A DNA stretch of 62,856 nucleotides, counting the filler. It is 5 parts of 5 records of this genome, joined end to end, with 100 filler letters (N's around TTAATTAATTAA, not from the genome) between each part and the next. Parts side by side here need not be neighbours in the genome. Positions count along the whole stretch, not along the records: positions 1 to 26,541 come from SRR2962707_2300; positions 26,642 to 39,808 come from SRR2962707_2307; 3 more parts are not named here. One strand, given 5' to 3'. The first letter of the stretch is position 1; the number at the start of each line of letters is the position of its first letter. The notes below the pieces were generated by a model. The model was not told the DNA's origin. It made no database searches and saw only the letters and a program-made list of their open reading frames with translations. A program made the position numbers and the translations under genes. Positions 19,375-28,712 of this stretch are shown here, piece after piece.

Positions 19375-20975
19375 GATGCCAACTCCGGTTGTGCCTGTTT
19401 TTCGTCAAGCATGACCGCCAAGGCCTTGCGATCCACCTTGCCGCTGCCATTGAGCGGCAGGGCATCGAGTACATGGACGCGGTTCGGGACCATGTGTGGC
19501 GGCAGACGGTCCCGCAAGCTGCTGCGGATGGTATCTGCGCTCGTTTCACCGCCAGCTGAAAAACCGACGATGCCCTGCGCGCTGCCATGAGACACGGGCC
19601 AGGCAACAGCGCAGGCCATATCGGTGCCAGCGGCCTTGCGCATCTGCATGTCGATTTCCTCAAGCTCGACCCTGTGGCCATTGACCTTGACCTGATTGTC
19701 GAGCCGCCCGAGATGATGAAAAACACCATCGGCATCGCGGTAACCGCGGTCGCCGGTCAGATACCAGCGTTCGCCGTCAATCGTCGGGAAGCGGTCAGCC
19801 GTCAAAGCGGCTTGCGCGAAATAGCCCTCGGCAAGCTGGCTTCCGCCAAGTGCTATTTCGCCGGGCACCTGATCAGGCAGAGGATTGCGATCAGCATCGA
19901 CGATCATCGTCTTCATGTCCGGATAGGGATCGCCGATTGCCACAATGCCGCGCGACTGCGTCACAATGCCGGTTTCCGCCCCCTGCCCCGCCCATGGCTG
20001 GCGAAGGCAGGCGATGGTGGCTTCGGTGGGGCCGTAGATGTTGTCGACACTCGAATTGGGAGCGGCGGCTGCCCAGTCACGGGCAACCTGCAGCGGAAGC
20101 GGCTCGCCGCAGAAGAGCGATATCCGAAGCGACGGCAGGGAGCCAGGCGACAGTTCCCCGGTCTGCTTCATGATGGCCACCAGCGAAGGCACCGACAGCC
20201 AGGTGGTGATCTTGTGCTTGTTTATGAACCGCGCCGGCGCGATCAGATCGAGCGGGCGCATGATAAAAAGGCATGCGCCGGCCTGCCAGGTCATCAGCAT
20301 GTTGTGGACCGAGAGGTCGAAGGTGATGTCGCAGGTCTCGGCCGCACGATCTTCCGGACCGAAGTCGTACCAGCCGCGCATGGCGTCGATGTAACTGGCA
20401 ACCGCACCGGCGCTGACCATCACACCCTTCGGCTTGCCCGTGGTGCCGGAGGTGAACTCGATATAGGCGAGGTGATCTTCGGCAACGACGACCGGCTGCC
20501 GGAGATCCTGTTCCGGCGCAAGCTGAGGGACGGCGGCTTCGGCCAGAAACTCGCCCGGGGCGTCTGCCGGAATAAGCAGCAGATCGGGACAATGGGCGCG
20601 GACGGTGTCGGATAGCAGCTTGATCCCCGCCCGATCGACGATGAGCGCGTCCAGATCCAGCATGTCGAGCAGCTCGATCAAGCGCTGCTCGGGATACTTC
20701 AGGCTGATGGGAACATAGGTGCCGCCAGCCCAGGCAATTCCGAGAATGGCAACACAGGCTTCAATGCTGCGGGTGCCGAGGATGCCGCAGCGGCCATGAG
20801 ACAATTTCGGAGAGATCCTGGCTGCAACACGCCTGACCGAAGATGTGAGGTCGGAATATGAAACTGAATCCCGCCCAGCAATTATCGCCATACTTTCCGG
20901 ATACTCAATTTCTGTACTATACAATATATCTGCAATATTGTTAGTTTTTTGCATTTCCGCCCCCCTAAACCGCAT
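19371..20975 (-). CDS. Stand-alone adenylation enzyme, DltA-like
   Basis: YIEFTSGTTGKPKG, FDLSV, FCGE, YGPTEAT, YLTGD, GRLDNQVK, LPLNGSGKVDR. Alternative start at 20954. Confidence 0.88.
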   Translation of the reverse strand: MRFRGAEMQKTNNIADILYSTEIEYPESMAIIAGRDSVSYSDLTSSVRRVAARISPKLSHGRCGILGTRSIEACVAILGIAWAGGTYVPISLKYPEQRLIELLDMLDLDALIVDRAGIKLLSDTVRAHCPDLLLIPADAPGEFLAEAAVPQLAPEQDLRQPVVVAEDHLAYIEFTSGTTGKPKGVMVSAGAVASYIDAMRGWYDFGPEDRAAETCDITFDLSVHNMLMTWQAGACLFIMRPLDLIAPARFINKHKITTWLSVPSLVAIMKQTGELSPGSLPSLRISLFCGEPLPLQVARDWAAAAPNSSVDNIYGPTEATIACLRQPWAGQGAETGIVTQSRGIVAIGDPYPDMKTMIVDADRNPLPDQVPGEIALGGSQLAEGYFAQAALTADRFPTIDGERWYLTGDRGYRDADGVFHHLGRLDNQVKVNGHRVELEEIDMQMRKAAGTDMACAVAWPVSHGSAQGIVGFSAGGETSADTIRSSLRDRLPPHMVPNRVHVLDALPLNGSGKVDRKALAVMLDEKQAQPELAS

Positions 20976-21306
20976 AGCCCTCCATACAAATCTATTTTTA
21001 CACTCGTCTACGAGTCAACAATTCAATGTTTTTCGCACGATTATCAAAGAATTAACTTTAACAACCGGCCTTTTAGTCAAATTTCTTCAAATTCAATATT
21101 ATAAGCACCTCCAATTGCTTAGGAGGAATGGACCGAATTCGCGACCAAAGGCATAGCGAAGACGCAGGGCTGCTCGGCAACAGGGACCTGGTGTCGTGCA
21201 GGCAGCACTCCGCTTCGATTGAAGTCGCTGGAGGAGGATGAAACAAAGCCATTTGTACGCGCGGGCGCTGGAAATCCTGTTCAACCTCAGCCGGCCGCCG
21301 CGGGCA

Positions 21307-22062
21307 TTACCGTCCGGCAATGATCCCGGATGAGGAAAATCCGCCGTCGACGGTGAGCACGTGGCCGTTGATGTAACTGGCCTGGGGCGACAGCAGGAAC
21401 AGGATGGCGTCGGCAATTTCTTGCGCGCGGGCATAGCGTCGGAGCGGGATCTGGGCGCTCCAGCGCTTGCGGTCCTCGACCGTGTGCAGGCCCGCGATCA
21501 GCGGCGTGTCGACCGGCCCGGGCGCGACGACATTGACGCGGACGCCGCTGGCGCCCCACTCATTGGCCAGCACCTGGCTCATCAGGATGACGCCGGCCTT
21601 GGACGCGCCATAGGCGACGCGGCCGGCATTGGCCCGGATACCGGAGGCCGACGAAAGATTGACGATGGAGAGCGTGTCGCCCATCTGGTCGAGGCAGGCG
21701 CGGCAGAGGATGAAGCTGCCGGTCAGGTTGACGTCGAGGATCTGGCGGAACATTTCGGCACTGGTTTTTTCGGCCGGTATGTCGCGGGCAATGCCAGCGC
21801 AATTGACCAGCCCGGTGATCGGCCCGAAAGCGTCGACGGCTTGCGAGAGGCACTCGGCCACCTCGTCCTCGTCGGTGACATCACAGACCAGCGCCAGCAC
21901 ATCCTCGCCCTCAAGACGGTCTTCACTGCGGGCAACGGCCTCAGTGCTGGCATCGAGAATGGTGACGGTCGTGCCCTGATCAATCAACGCCAGAACCGTC
22001 ACCTCGCCAATGCCCGATGCGCCGCCGGTGACGACAACGTGACCGGCGGTGGCAGTCGTCAC
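21307..22062 (-). CDS. Short-chain dehydrogenase/reductase
   Basis: TGGASGIG, NCAG, YGASK. Confidence 0.92.
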   Translation of the reverse strand: MTTATAGHVVVTGGASGIGEVTVLALIDQGTTVTILDASTEAVARSEDRLEGEDVLALVCDVTDEDEVAECLSQAVDAFGPITGLVNCAGIARDIPAEKTSAEMFRQILDVNLTGSFILCRACLDQMGDTLSIVNLSSASGIRANAGRVAYGASKAGVILMSQVLANEWGASGVRVNVVAPGPVDTPLIAGLHTVEDRKRWSAQIPLRRYARAQEIADAILFLLSPQASYINGHVLTVDGGFSSSGIIAGR

Positions 22063-23225
22063 CGGATGCGCTCGAGGATGGAGACGTAGTTGGCCACCGC
22101 GGCGCCGCCCATGTTGAAGATACCGCCGAGCTGCGCATCCTTGACCTGGATACCGCCGGCCTCGCCGGTCAGCTGCATGGCAGAGAGCGCATGCATGGAC
22201 ACGCCGGTGGCGCCGATCGGGTGGCCCTTGGCTTTCAGCCCACCCGACGGATTGACCGGCAAGCGGCCATCCTTCTGGGTTTCGCCGCTCATGGCAAAAT
22301 CACCACCCTGCCCCGGCTTGGCCAGACCCATGGCTTCATATTCGATCAGCTCGGCGATGGTGAAGCAGTCATGGGTTTCGACGAAGGAGAGATCATCAAG
22401 CGAGGTCTTGGAGTTGGCGAAAGCCCGCTTCCAGCCTTCCGCGCAGCCCTCGAAGGCAAGAATGTCGCGCTTGGACATCGGCAGGAAATCCTGCACATGT
22501 TCAGCGGCGCGGAACAGCACGGCGCGCGGCGCCTGCATGGCGGTCTGTACATCGGCGAGCACGATGGCGGCAGCGCCATCGGAGACCAGAGAGCAATCGG
22601 TGCGCTTGAGCGGGCCGGCGACAAACGGGTTCTTGTCGCTCTCGGTGCGGCAAAACTCAAAGCCCAGATCCTTGCGCATCTGCGCCCAGGGATTCTCAAC
22701 GCCGTTCTTGTGGTTCTTGGCGGCAATGGCTGCGAGGCCATCGGACTGGTCGCCATATTTCTGGAAATAGCTGTCGGCAATCTTGCCGAAGACACCGGCG
22801 AAGCCTGCGGGTGTCTCGCCGTCCTCGGGCAGATAGGAGGCCTTGAGCAAATTGGCGCCGATCTGCGGCCCGGGCGTCGTGGTCATCTGCTCGACGCCAA
22901 CCACCAGCACGCGGCGCGCGCTACCTGCGCGGATCGCCTTGATGCCCTGATGGACGGCTGCGGAGCCAGTGGCGCAGGCGTTTTCAACGCGCGTCGTCGG
23001 CTTGAAGCGGAAACCGTCATCGGCCTGCAGCACCAGGCTGGCGGTAAAATCCTGCGCGGAAAAACCGGCATTGAAGTGGCCGAGATAGATTTCATCGATA
23101 TCACCGGCTTCCAGTCCGGCATGCTCCAGCGCCTCGCGGGCCACTTTCGTGATCAGGCTTTCGACGGTTTCTTCGGTGTGTTTGCCAAAGGGCGTGTGGG
23201 CCCAGCCGATGATGCAGGCGGTCAT
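22059..23225 (-). CDS. Thiolase (SCP2-type acetyl-CoA acetyltransferase)
   Basis: ENACATGS, ETHDCF, GHPIGATG. GAGAG RBS before ATG 23225. Confidence 0.9.
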   Translation of the reverse strand: MTACIIGWAHTPFGKHTEETVESLITKVAREALEHAGLEAGDIDEIYLGHFNAGFSAQDFTASLVLQADDGFRFKPTTRVENACATGSAAVHQGIKAIRAGSARRVLVVGVEQMTTTPGPQIGANLLKASYLPEDGETPAGFAGVFGKIADSYFQKYGDQSDGLAAIAAKNHKNGVENPWAQMRKDLGFEFCRTESDKNPFVAGPLKRTDCSLVSDGAAAIVLADVQTAMQAPRAVLFRAAEHVQDFLPMSKRDILAFEGCAEGWKRAFANSKTSLDDLSFVETHDCFTIAELIEYEAMGLAKPGQGGDFAMSGETQKDGRLPVNPSGGLKAKGHPIGATGVSMHALSAMQLTGEAGGIQVKDAQLGGIFNMGGAAVANYVSILERIR

Positions 23226-23398
23226 ATCTTCTCTCTCCCGGGACTCTTGAATGTGCTGGCGCATATTTTGAGTGCGCGGGCGGCTTTGTAAAGGGGAGAA
23301 CGGGCTGCTGATGGCATTGAGCCGGGAACATCAGCAGACCAATCCCGGCCCTGACAGCAACAGCCAGGGCCTCAACACCACCGGAAGGCGCCGTTTCG

Positions 23399-24007
23399 TC
23401 AGGCTTGCTCGGCAGCCTGATCGAAGTCCGTGGTGGCCTGGGCCGCCGGGCGCGCCTGGCAGCGCGCAATCCACTCACGGATGATGGGGACATCGGGAGT
23501 GGATTGCGGGAACCAGACATAGGGCGAGACCAGCAGCAGATCTGCCGCGGAGAACTGCTCTCCCAACAGATAGGGCGACTTGTGCAATTGCGCCGTCAAT
23601 CGCGCTACGACCTCGGGAACACCGCGAAACGTAAAGTCGAGAAACGGATGCTCAAGGCCGGCGGCCTCAAAGATGATGACCGGCTCGACAACATTGCCAT
23701 ACCAGGCCAACCAGCTCAGATAACTGCCACGATCGGGCTGCCCGACCGACCGGCCAAGCCCTGCATCGGGAAACAGGTCAGTCAAATACAGCATGATGGC
23801 GTTGGATTCCCATATCTCGACCCCATCATGAACCAGCAATGGCACCTTGCCTTCGGGATGAGGATTGGCGGGATCAATGGCACCCGACCCGTCGTTGCGG
23901 GGAACCGTGACAATGCGGATCTCGACCTGATCAAGGATGCCAAGCTCAAGAATCAGGCGAACGATACGTGAGGAACGAGAGCGAGGTGCATGGTAAAGGG
24001 TAAGCAT
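23399..24007 (-). CDS. Glutathione S-transferase family protein
   Basis: LYHAPRSRS, PEGKVP, ESNAI, FSAADL. Confidence 0.9.
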   Translation of the reverse strand: MLTLYHAPRSRSSRIVRLILELGILDQVEIRIVTVPRNDGSGAIDPANPHPEGKVPLLVHDGVEIWESNAIMLYLTDLFPDAGLGRSVGQPDRGSYLSWLAWYGNVVEPVIIFEAAGLEHPFLDFTFRGVPEVVARLTAQLHKSPYLLGEQFSAADLLLVSPYVWFPQSTPDVPIIREWIARCQARPAAQATTDFDQAAEQA

Positions 24008-24267
24008 GAGAGAACTCCGCGTCGGGTTGATGGTAGCGACGTGACCTACATCCCTCTCCTGCCGTTTTCTGTCAGCAATGATCAAGGCTTCTGCCTTTTG
24101 AGGGTGTGACAGCCATGTACGCGGGACAAACGTCCTGCTTTGGCCGAGACGGCACCCATCTGCCAATGCGGCTCCCACTCGCGACGCGAGTTTCGCTCAC
24201 CACTTGTTGATCACAGCGGATGCGGTTGGAACTGGAAATGGCCACATTTCCGGGTATGAACGTCTGT

Positions 24268-24609
24268 ATGTCTGTTGGCCGTCTTCTTCTTCTGTGTCTT
24301 CTGACCGTCACCCTCGGGATGTCGGGGCCGATAAAGCGTGCCATGTCGCTTCATGCCGCGCCCCTGCCCAAGGCAGTGACCGCTTCATTGTCGAATGCGG
24401 CAGCCGATCTCAAAACCAGCGTAAACCCTTCCAAGCGCTGCCAGCGCGGCGCGATTGTCCGGTCCAATTGCTATTTCGACACCGGCTACCTGGCTTTCGC
24501 ACAACAGCGAACCCATTCGGGGGCGGTCTCGGCGCTGGAAATCCGGCATGCGGAAGGTACCGCCACACCACCGGCGACCCGGATCTTCAGGCCGCCACGG
24601 TCAGGCTGA
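24268..24609 (+). CDS. Secreted small protein with two Cys and Pro-rich C-tail (candidate CutF/DUF2946-like leader)
   Basis: Signal-like MSVGRLLLLCLLTVTLG, C-x9-C (CQRGAIVRSNC), ends TPPATRIFRPPRSG. Lies 67 nt upstream of the L,D-transpeptidase gene. Start uncertain. Confidence 0.6.
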   Translation: MSVGRLLLLCLLTVTLGMSGPIKRAMSLHAAPLPKAVTASLSNAAADLKTSVNPSKRCQRGAIVRSNCYFDTGYLAFAQQRTHSGAVSALEIRHAEGTATPPATRIFRPPRSG

Positions 24610-24676
24610 TTTGACAAATGGAACTGCCCCCCATCGCGGCAGTTTCCTTCCTATCAGCACCCAAGGATCGAACATC

Positions 24677-25369
24677 ATGATTTCCCGACGCCTGTTTTTG
24701 GGCTCAGCCGCGCTGGCTGTGCTTTCGGGCTGCACATCCATCGGCAGCCGCACCAACCCCATTTCCACACCGGCGATCAAGCCGAAACCGCAATCGATGC
24801 CGGCGATCTATGGCGCCATTGTCGATGAACCCTACCCTATCGACGCGGTGCCGCGCGGCGTGGTTCCCGAACGCTACTGGCGGCAACAGGTGCCCAATCC
24901 CTTCCCGGGCGAAGCTGCGGGCACGATTGTTGTCGATCCCAACGCGTTTTACCTGCACCTAGTCGAAAACAGCGAAACCGCCATGCGCTACGGCATCGGC
25001 GTGGGCCGGCAGGGCTTCTCCTGGTCGGGCGATGCCGTCGTTCAGTACAAGCGGAAATGGCCGCGCTGGAAGGCGCCTGACGACATGGTGGCGCGCAATC
25101 CTGAACTGCAGCCCTACTCTGTCGCCAATGGCGGAATGGAACCGGGGCCTCTCAACCCGCTGGGTGCGCGGGCGCTCTACCTGTTCCAAAACGGCGAAGA
25201 CACGCTCTACCGCATTCACGGCAACCCGGAAGCCAACTCGATTGGCAAAGCGGTGTCGTCGGGATGCATCAGAATGCTCAACCACGACATCATCGACCTG
25301 TTCGAGCGAGCCCGCAGTGGCGCGAAGGTGGTCGTCAAGTCATCAAGGATGCCAGCTGCTCTGAGTTAA
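24677..25369 (+). CDS. L,D-transpeptidase (ErfK/YkuD family), Tat lipoprotein
   Basis: SRRLFL twin-arginine signal with LSGC lipobox, NPLGARALYL, RIHG and SSGCIRM catalytic motifs. Confidence 0.92.
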   Translation: MISRRLFLGSAALAVLSGCTSIGSRTNPISTPAIKPKPQSMPAIYGAIVDEPYPIDAVPRGVVPERYWRQQVPNPFPGEAAGTIVVDPNAFYLHLVENSETAMRYGIGVGRQGFSWSGDAVVQYKRKWPRWKAPDDMVARNPELQPYSVANGGMEPGPLNPLGARALYLFQNGEDTLYRIHGNPEANSIGKAVSSGCIRMLNHDIIDLFERARSGAKVVVKSSRMPAALS

Positions 25370-25527
25370 GGCAGGCCTACCCCGGCTCGCCGAGCAACCT
25401 GCGACGGGGCATGACGGAAAGAAACCGCGCATTCGAACAGATGCGTGGCTTCTTTCGTTTGAGACGAGCTTTCCAGAATTCAGCCCATTTCCCAGACCAC
25501 CAGGCATCCGGCGGGCGCATGTTTTCA

Positions 25528-25547
25528 TTGATTGACCAGTCAACCAA
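25528..25547. promoter_or_regulatory. Probable BetI operator
   Basis: TTGATTGAC-CA-GTCAACCAA near-perfect palindrome about 60 nt upstream of betI. Confidence 0.7.
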
Positions 25548-25609
25548 GTGTACCCTGAGACGATCTTTCCTTCTGAACTCTGCTTCAAACACTCTCAGGA
25601 GATGCTGAA

Positions 25610-26203
25610 ATGCCCAAAATCGGCATGGAACCCATCCGTCGCAAGGCTCTGACAGACGCGGCCATTGAAGCCATCGGCGCGCGCGGTTCAATGGGCGTGA
25701 CAATGTCTGACATCGCAGGCCGGGCGGGCGTATCGCCAGCCTTGGCTCACCATTACTTCGGCTCCAAGGACCAGCTGATCACGGCTTCGGTGCAGGCGCT
25801 GTTGAGCGATCTGCGGATTGATACGGTCAAAGCGCTGAAAGCTGCCCGCACCAACCGTGCACGGGTCTCGGCGATCATTTCGGTGAGTTTTTCAGACAAA
25901 CAGTTTTCCGAGGATGTGGTGGCGGCATGGCTGGCATTTTATGTCGACGCCCAGCGCGCGCCCGGTATCCGCCGGTTGCTGTCGGTCTATGCCAGACGGC
26001 TGCACGCCAACCTGATGAGTGGGCTGACGCCGCTTGCGGGCACCCATGACGCCGAGCGTATTGCCGAAGGGGCAGCAGCCATGATCGACGGGCTATACAT
26101 TCGCAAGGCACTGGGGACCGGACCGGCGCGGCATGACGCTGTGGCGCTTGTGGAAGATCACGTCGAAACGCAATTGCTCGAAATCCGGGGAAGAACACTA
26201 TGA
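25610..26203 (+). CDS. betI: Choline-responsive TetR repressor BetI
   Basis: [12 protein letters not shown]-terminus, TetR HTH, AWLAFY, AMIDGLY. Confidence 0.95.
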   Translation: MPKIGMEPIRRKALTDAAIEAIGARGSMGVTMSDIAGRAGVSPALAHHYFGSKDQLITASVQALLSDLRIDTVKALKAARTNRARVSAIISVSFSDKQFSEDVVAAWLAFYVDAQRAPGIRRLLSVYARRLHANLMSGLTPLAGTHDAERIAEGAAAMIDGLYIRKALGTGPARHDAVALVEDHVETQLLEIRGRTL

Positions 26204-26541
26204 CGGACGGTCACGCCGGGGCTCGAAAGCCCAATATTCTCATCCTCATGGTCGATCAGCTCAACGGCACGCTGTTTCCCGACGGTCCGGCGGAGTTTCT
26301 GCATGCTCCCAATCTGAAGAAGCTGGCGGCACGCTCGGTGCGGTTTTCGAAGAACTACACCGCCTCGCCGCTGTGCGCGCCGGGCCGGGCCTCGTTCATG
26401 TCCGGACAGCTGCCGCGGCGCACACGGGTGTATGACAATGCGGCCGAGTTCGCGTCCGACATTCCCACCTATGCGCACCATCTCAGACGCGCCGGTTATT
26501 ACACCTGCCTTTCGGGCAAGATGCATTTTGTCGGGCCCGAC
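26200..26541 (+). CDS. betC: Choline sulfatase, 3'-truncated by contig end
   Basis: [18 protein letters not shown] sulfatase motif, GKMHFVGPD. Follows betI. Confidence 0.92.
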
Positions 26542-26641
26542 NNNNNNNNNNNNNNNNNNNNNNNNNNNNNNNNNNNNNNNNNNNNTTAATTAATTAANNN
26601 NNNNNNNNNNNNNNNNNNNNNNNNNNNNNNNNNNNNNNNNN
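26542..26641. other. Artificial contig linker
   Basis: N44-TTAATTAATTAA-N44 (stops in all six frames). Composition and gene style change across it. Confidence 0.98.
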
Positions 26642-26770
26642 GCCTTTGCCCTTGCTTACCAGGCTGTTTTCGAAATGGGAAAAGAATTCGTCATCAAACG
26701 TGAAATTGAAGTCGTGAGTGCTGTTACTCAGGCCAAAAATCTCAATCTTATACGCTTTCAAATCCTTCAT
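26642..26770 (-). CDS. YceD/DUF177 family protein, 3'-truncated
   Basis: AYKIEIFGL...HDFNF.FDDEFFSHFE N-terminus. Lies after pdxA, with a TAAATTTG promoter-like element at 26798-26805. Confidence 0.75.
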
Positions 26771-26837
26771 TTCCGTCCACTTCCCGGTAAAGACCCGCAA
26801 ATTTAGATAGAATCCAAGTACTAGAAAAGGTTATCAA

Positions 26838-27881
26838 CTACTTTTCATCATCGCTTTCAAAGTGGTTTTCTTTTCGCTGACGGATGATATCATTGGCGAG
26901 GTAGAGGGCATTGCGAAAAGAGGTCTCATCTGCTTGTCCATTTCCGGCAATGGAGAAGGCGGTTCCATGGTCCGGTGAGGTACGCACAAAAGGTAATCCA
27001 GCCGTGTAATTCACCCCTTCTTCAAAAGCCATGTTTTTAAAAGGAATCAGTCCCTGGTCATGATACATGGCCAATACACCGTCATATTGCTTGTAGGTAC
27101 GCATTCCGAAAAAGCCGTCAGCAGGGAAAGGACCCATGACAATATGATGACCTTTTTTCACCTCTTCTATTGCCGGTATGATCACTTTTTGCTCTTCATC
27201 ACCCAAGAGCCCGTTTTCCCCGGCATGAGGATTAAGTCCCAGTACGGCCACACGTGGCTTTTTGATTCCAAAATCCTTTTGCAGGGATTTAATCATTTTT
27301 TGCAGCTTGAAGACAATCTTTTCTTTGGTGACTTTCGCACTCACTTCATTCAGTGGAATGTGTCCGGTCACCACGCCTACGCGCAGTGATTCATGTACTA
27401 AAAACATCAAGCTGTCAGACTCTCCGGCTTCCTGAGTTAGATACTCGGTATGGCCCGGAAATTTAAATTCATCTGATTGCACCAGGTCTTTGGCTAAAGG
27501 GGCCGTTGTGATTGCGTCGATCTTTTCATCCTTCAGGTCTTTGACTGCATGCTGAAGTGAGAGTACGGCATATTTCCCCCCGGTTTCATTGGCCTGACCG
27601 GGATTGATTTCGATGGTTTCATCCCAGACATTCAGCACATTCACTTTCTTGTGAGCGATCTTGTCAATGCTGGAGATTTGCTGATAGTTGAAATTTTCCT
27701 TGTCCAGCGCTTTACGATAGTAAGAGATCACCTTAGCTGATCCGTAGATGACCGGTGTGAATTGCTTCAGGATGCGGTTGTCCTCCAGGGATTTTATGAT
27801 CACCTCCGGACCAATCCCATTGATGTCTCCGATGGTGATTCCTATGACAGGTTTATTTTTTTTGCGTGATGATTCACCCAT
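26838..27881 (-). CDS. pdxA: 4-hydroxythreonine-4-phosphate dehydrogenase
   Basis: GDINGIGPE, GHTEYL, LNPHAGE, MYHDQG, RTSPDHGTA. Confidence 0.96.
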   Translation of the reverse strand: MGESSRKKNKPVIGITIGDINGIGPEVIIKSLEDNRILKQFTPVIYGSAKVISYYRKALDKENFNYQQISSIDKIAHKKVNVLNVWDETIEINPGQANETGGKYAVLSLQHAVKDLKDEKIDAITTAPLAKDLVQSDEFKFPGHTEYLTQEAGESDSLMFLVHESLRVGVVTGHIPLNEVSAKVTKEKIVFKLQKMIKSLQKDFGIKKPRVAVLGLNPHAGENGLLGDEEQKVIIPAIEEVKKGHHIVMGPFPADGFFGMRTYKQYDGVLAMYHDQGLIPFKNMAFEEGVNYTAGLPFVRTSPDHGTAFSIAGNGQADETSFRNALYLANDIIRQRKENHFESDDEK

Positions 27882-27952
27882 TTGCAGTGTACTTTTATCA
27901 AAATTGAAGTTAACCCGAAAAAATCAGGTCAATAATATAAACAGCGAATAAG

Positions 27953-28711
27953 TTGGCAAGCGTAAAACCAAAAAAACATTTAGGACAGCATTTCCTAAAG
28001 GATGAAAAAATTGCTTTGAAAATCGTTGAAGCCTTAAAGAATGAAAACAACCTGCCTGTCCTGGAGATTGGGCCGGGGACTGGTGTGCTCACGAAATACC
28101 TTATTGAGAAGGATGGAATTGATTTCTATGCACTGGATGTAGATACCGAATCCATTGAATATTTAAAGTCGACGTATCCTTCACATTCGGATCTTTTTCT
28201 CCACCAGGATTACCTGAAGTACAATGTTTCTTTTGATCGCTTCAATGTCATAGGTAATTTTCCTTACAACATTTCCTCGCAACTGTTTTTCAAGATATGG
28301 GATGATCGGGATCAGGTCGATGAAGTGGTTTGCATGATCCAGAAAGAGGTGGCCGACCGCATTTGCGAAAAACATGGAAACAAAACTTACGGCATTCTGA
28401 GTGTGCTTCTTCAGGCCTTTTTTGATATTGAATATTTATTCAAAGTACCGCCCGGTGTATTTAACCCACCACCGAAAGTGGAATCAGCCGTCATCCGTCT
28501 GAAGCGTAATGAGATCAAACAATTGCCCTGTGATGAACAGTTATTTAAACGTGTCGTTAAAGCGGGGTTCGGCAAGCGAAGGAAGACCTTGCGCAACGCC
28601 TTAAAAGACCTAAATTTGTCGGATGCTGTAAAAGCTCTTCCGGTCATGGATCAAAGGGCGGAGCAGTTGTCCGTTCAAGAATTTATCTCGCTTACAGAAA
28701 AAATCGCCTGA
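27953..28711 (+). CDS. rsmA: 16S rRNA m6,2A dimethyltransferase
   Basis: KKHLGQHFL, LEIGPGTG, GNFPYNIS, PPPKVESAV. Confidence 0.96.
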   Translation: MASVKPKKHLGQHFLKDEKIALKIVEALKNENNLPVLEIGPGTGVLTKYLIEKDGIDFYALDVDTESIEYLKSTYPSHSDLFLHQDYLKYNVSFDRFNVIGNFPYNISSQLFFKIWDDRDQVDEVVCMIQKEVADRICEKHGNKTYGILSVLLQAFFDIEYLFKVPPGVFNPPPKVESAVIRLKRNEIKQLPCDEQLFKRVVKAGFGKRRKTLRNALKDLNLSDAVKALPVMDQRAEQLSVQEFISLTEKIA

Positions 28712-28712
28712 C

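Noticed and set aside
19587-23291. Long plus-strand ORFs (342, 242, 226, 366 aa) opposite the dltA-like, SDR and thiolase genes
   Set aside because: Typical high-GC antisense shadow ORFs with no recognisable motifs.
26586-26597. TTAATTAATTAA palindrome repeated four times in the window
   Set aside because: Artificial six-frame stop linker embedded in Ns.
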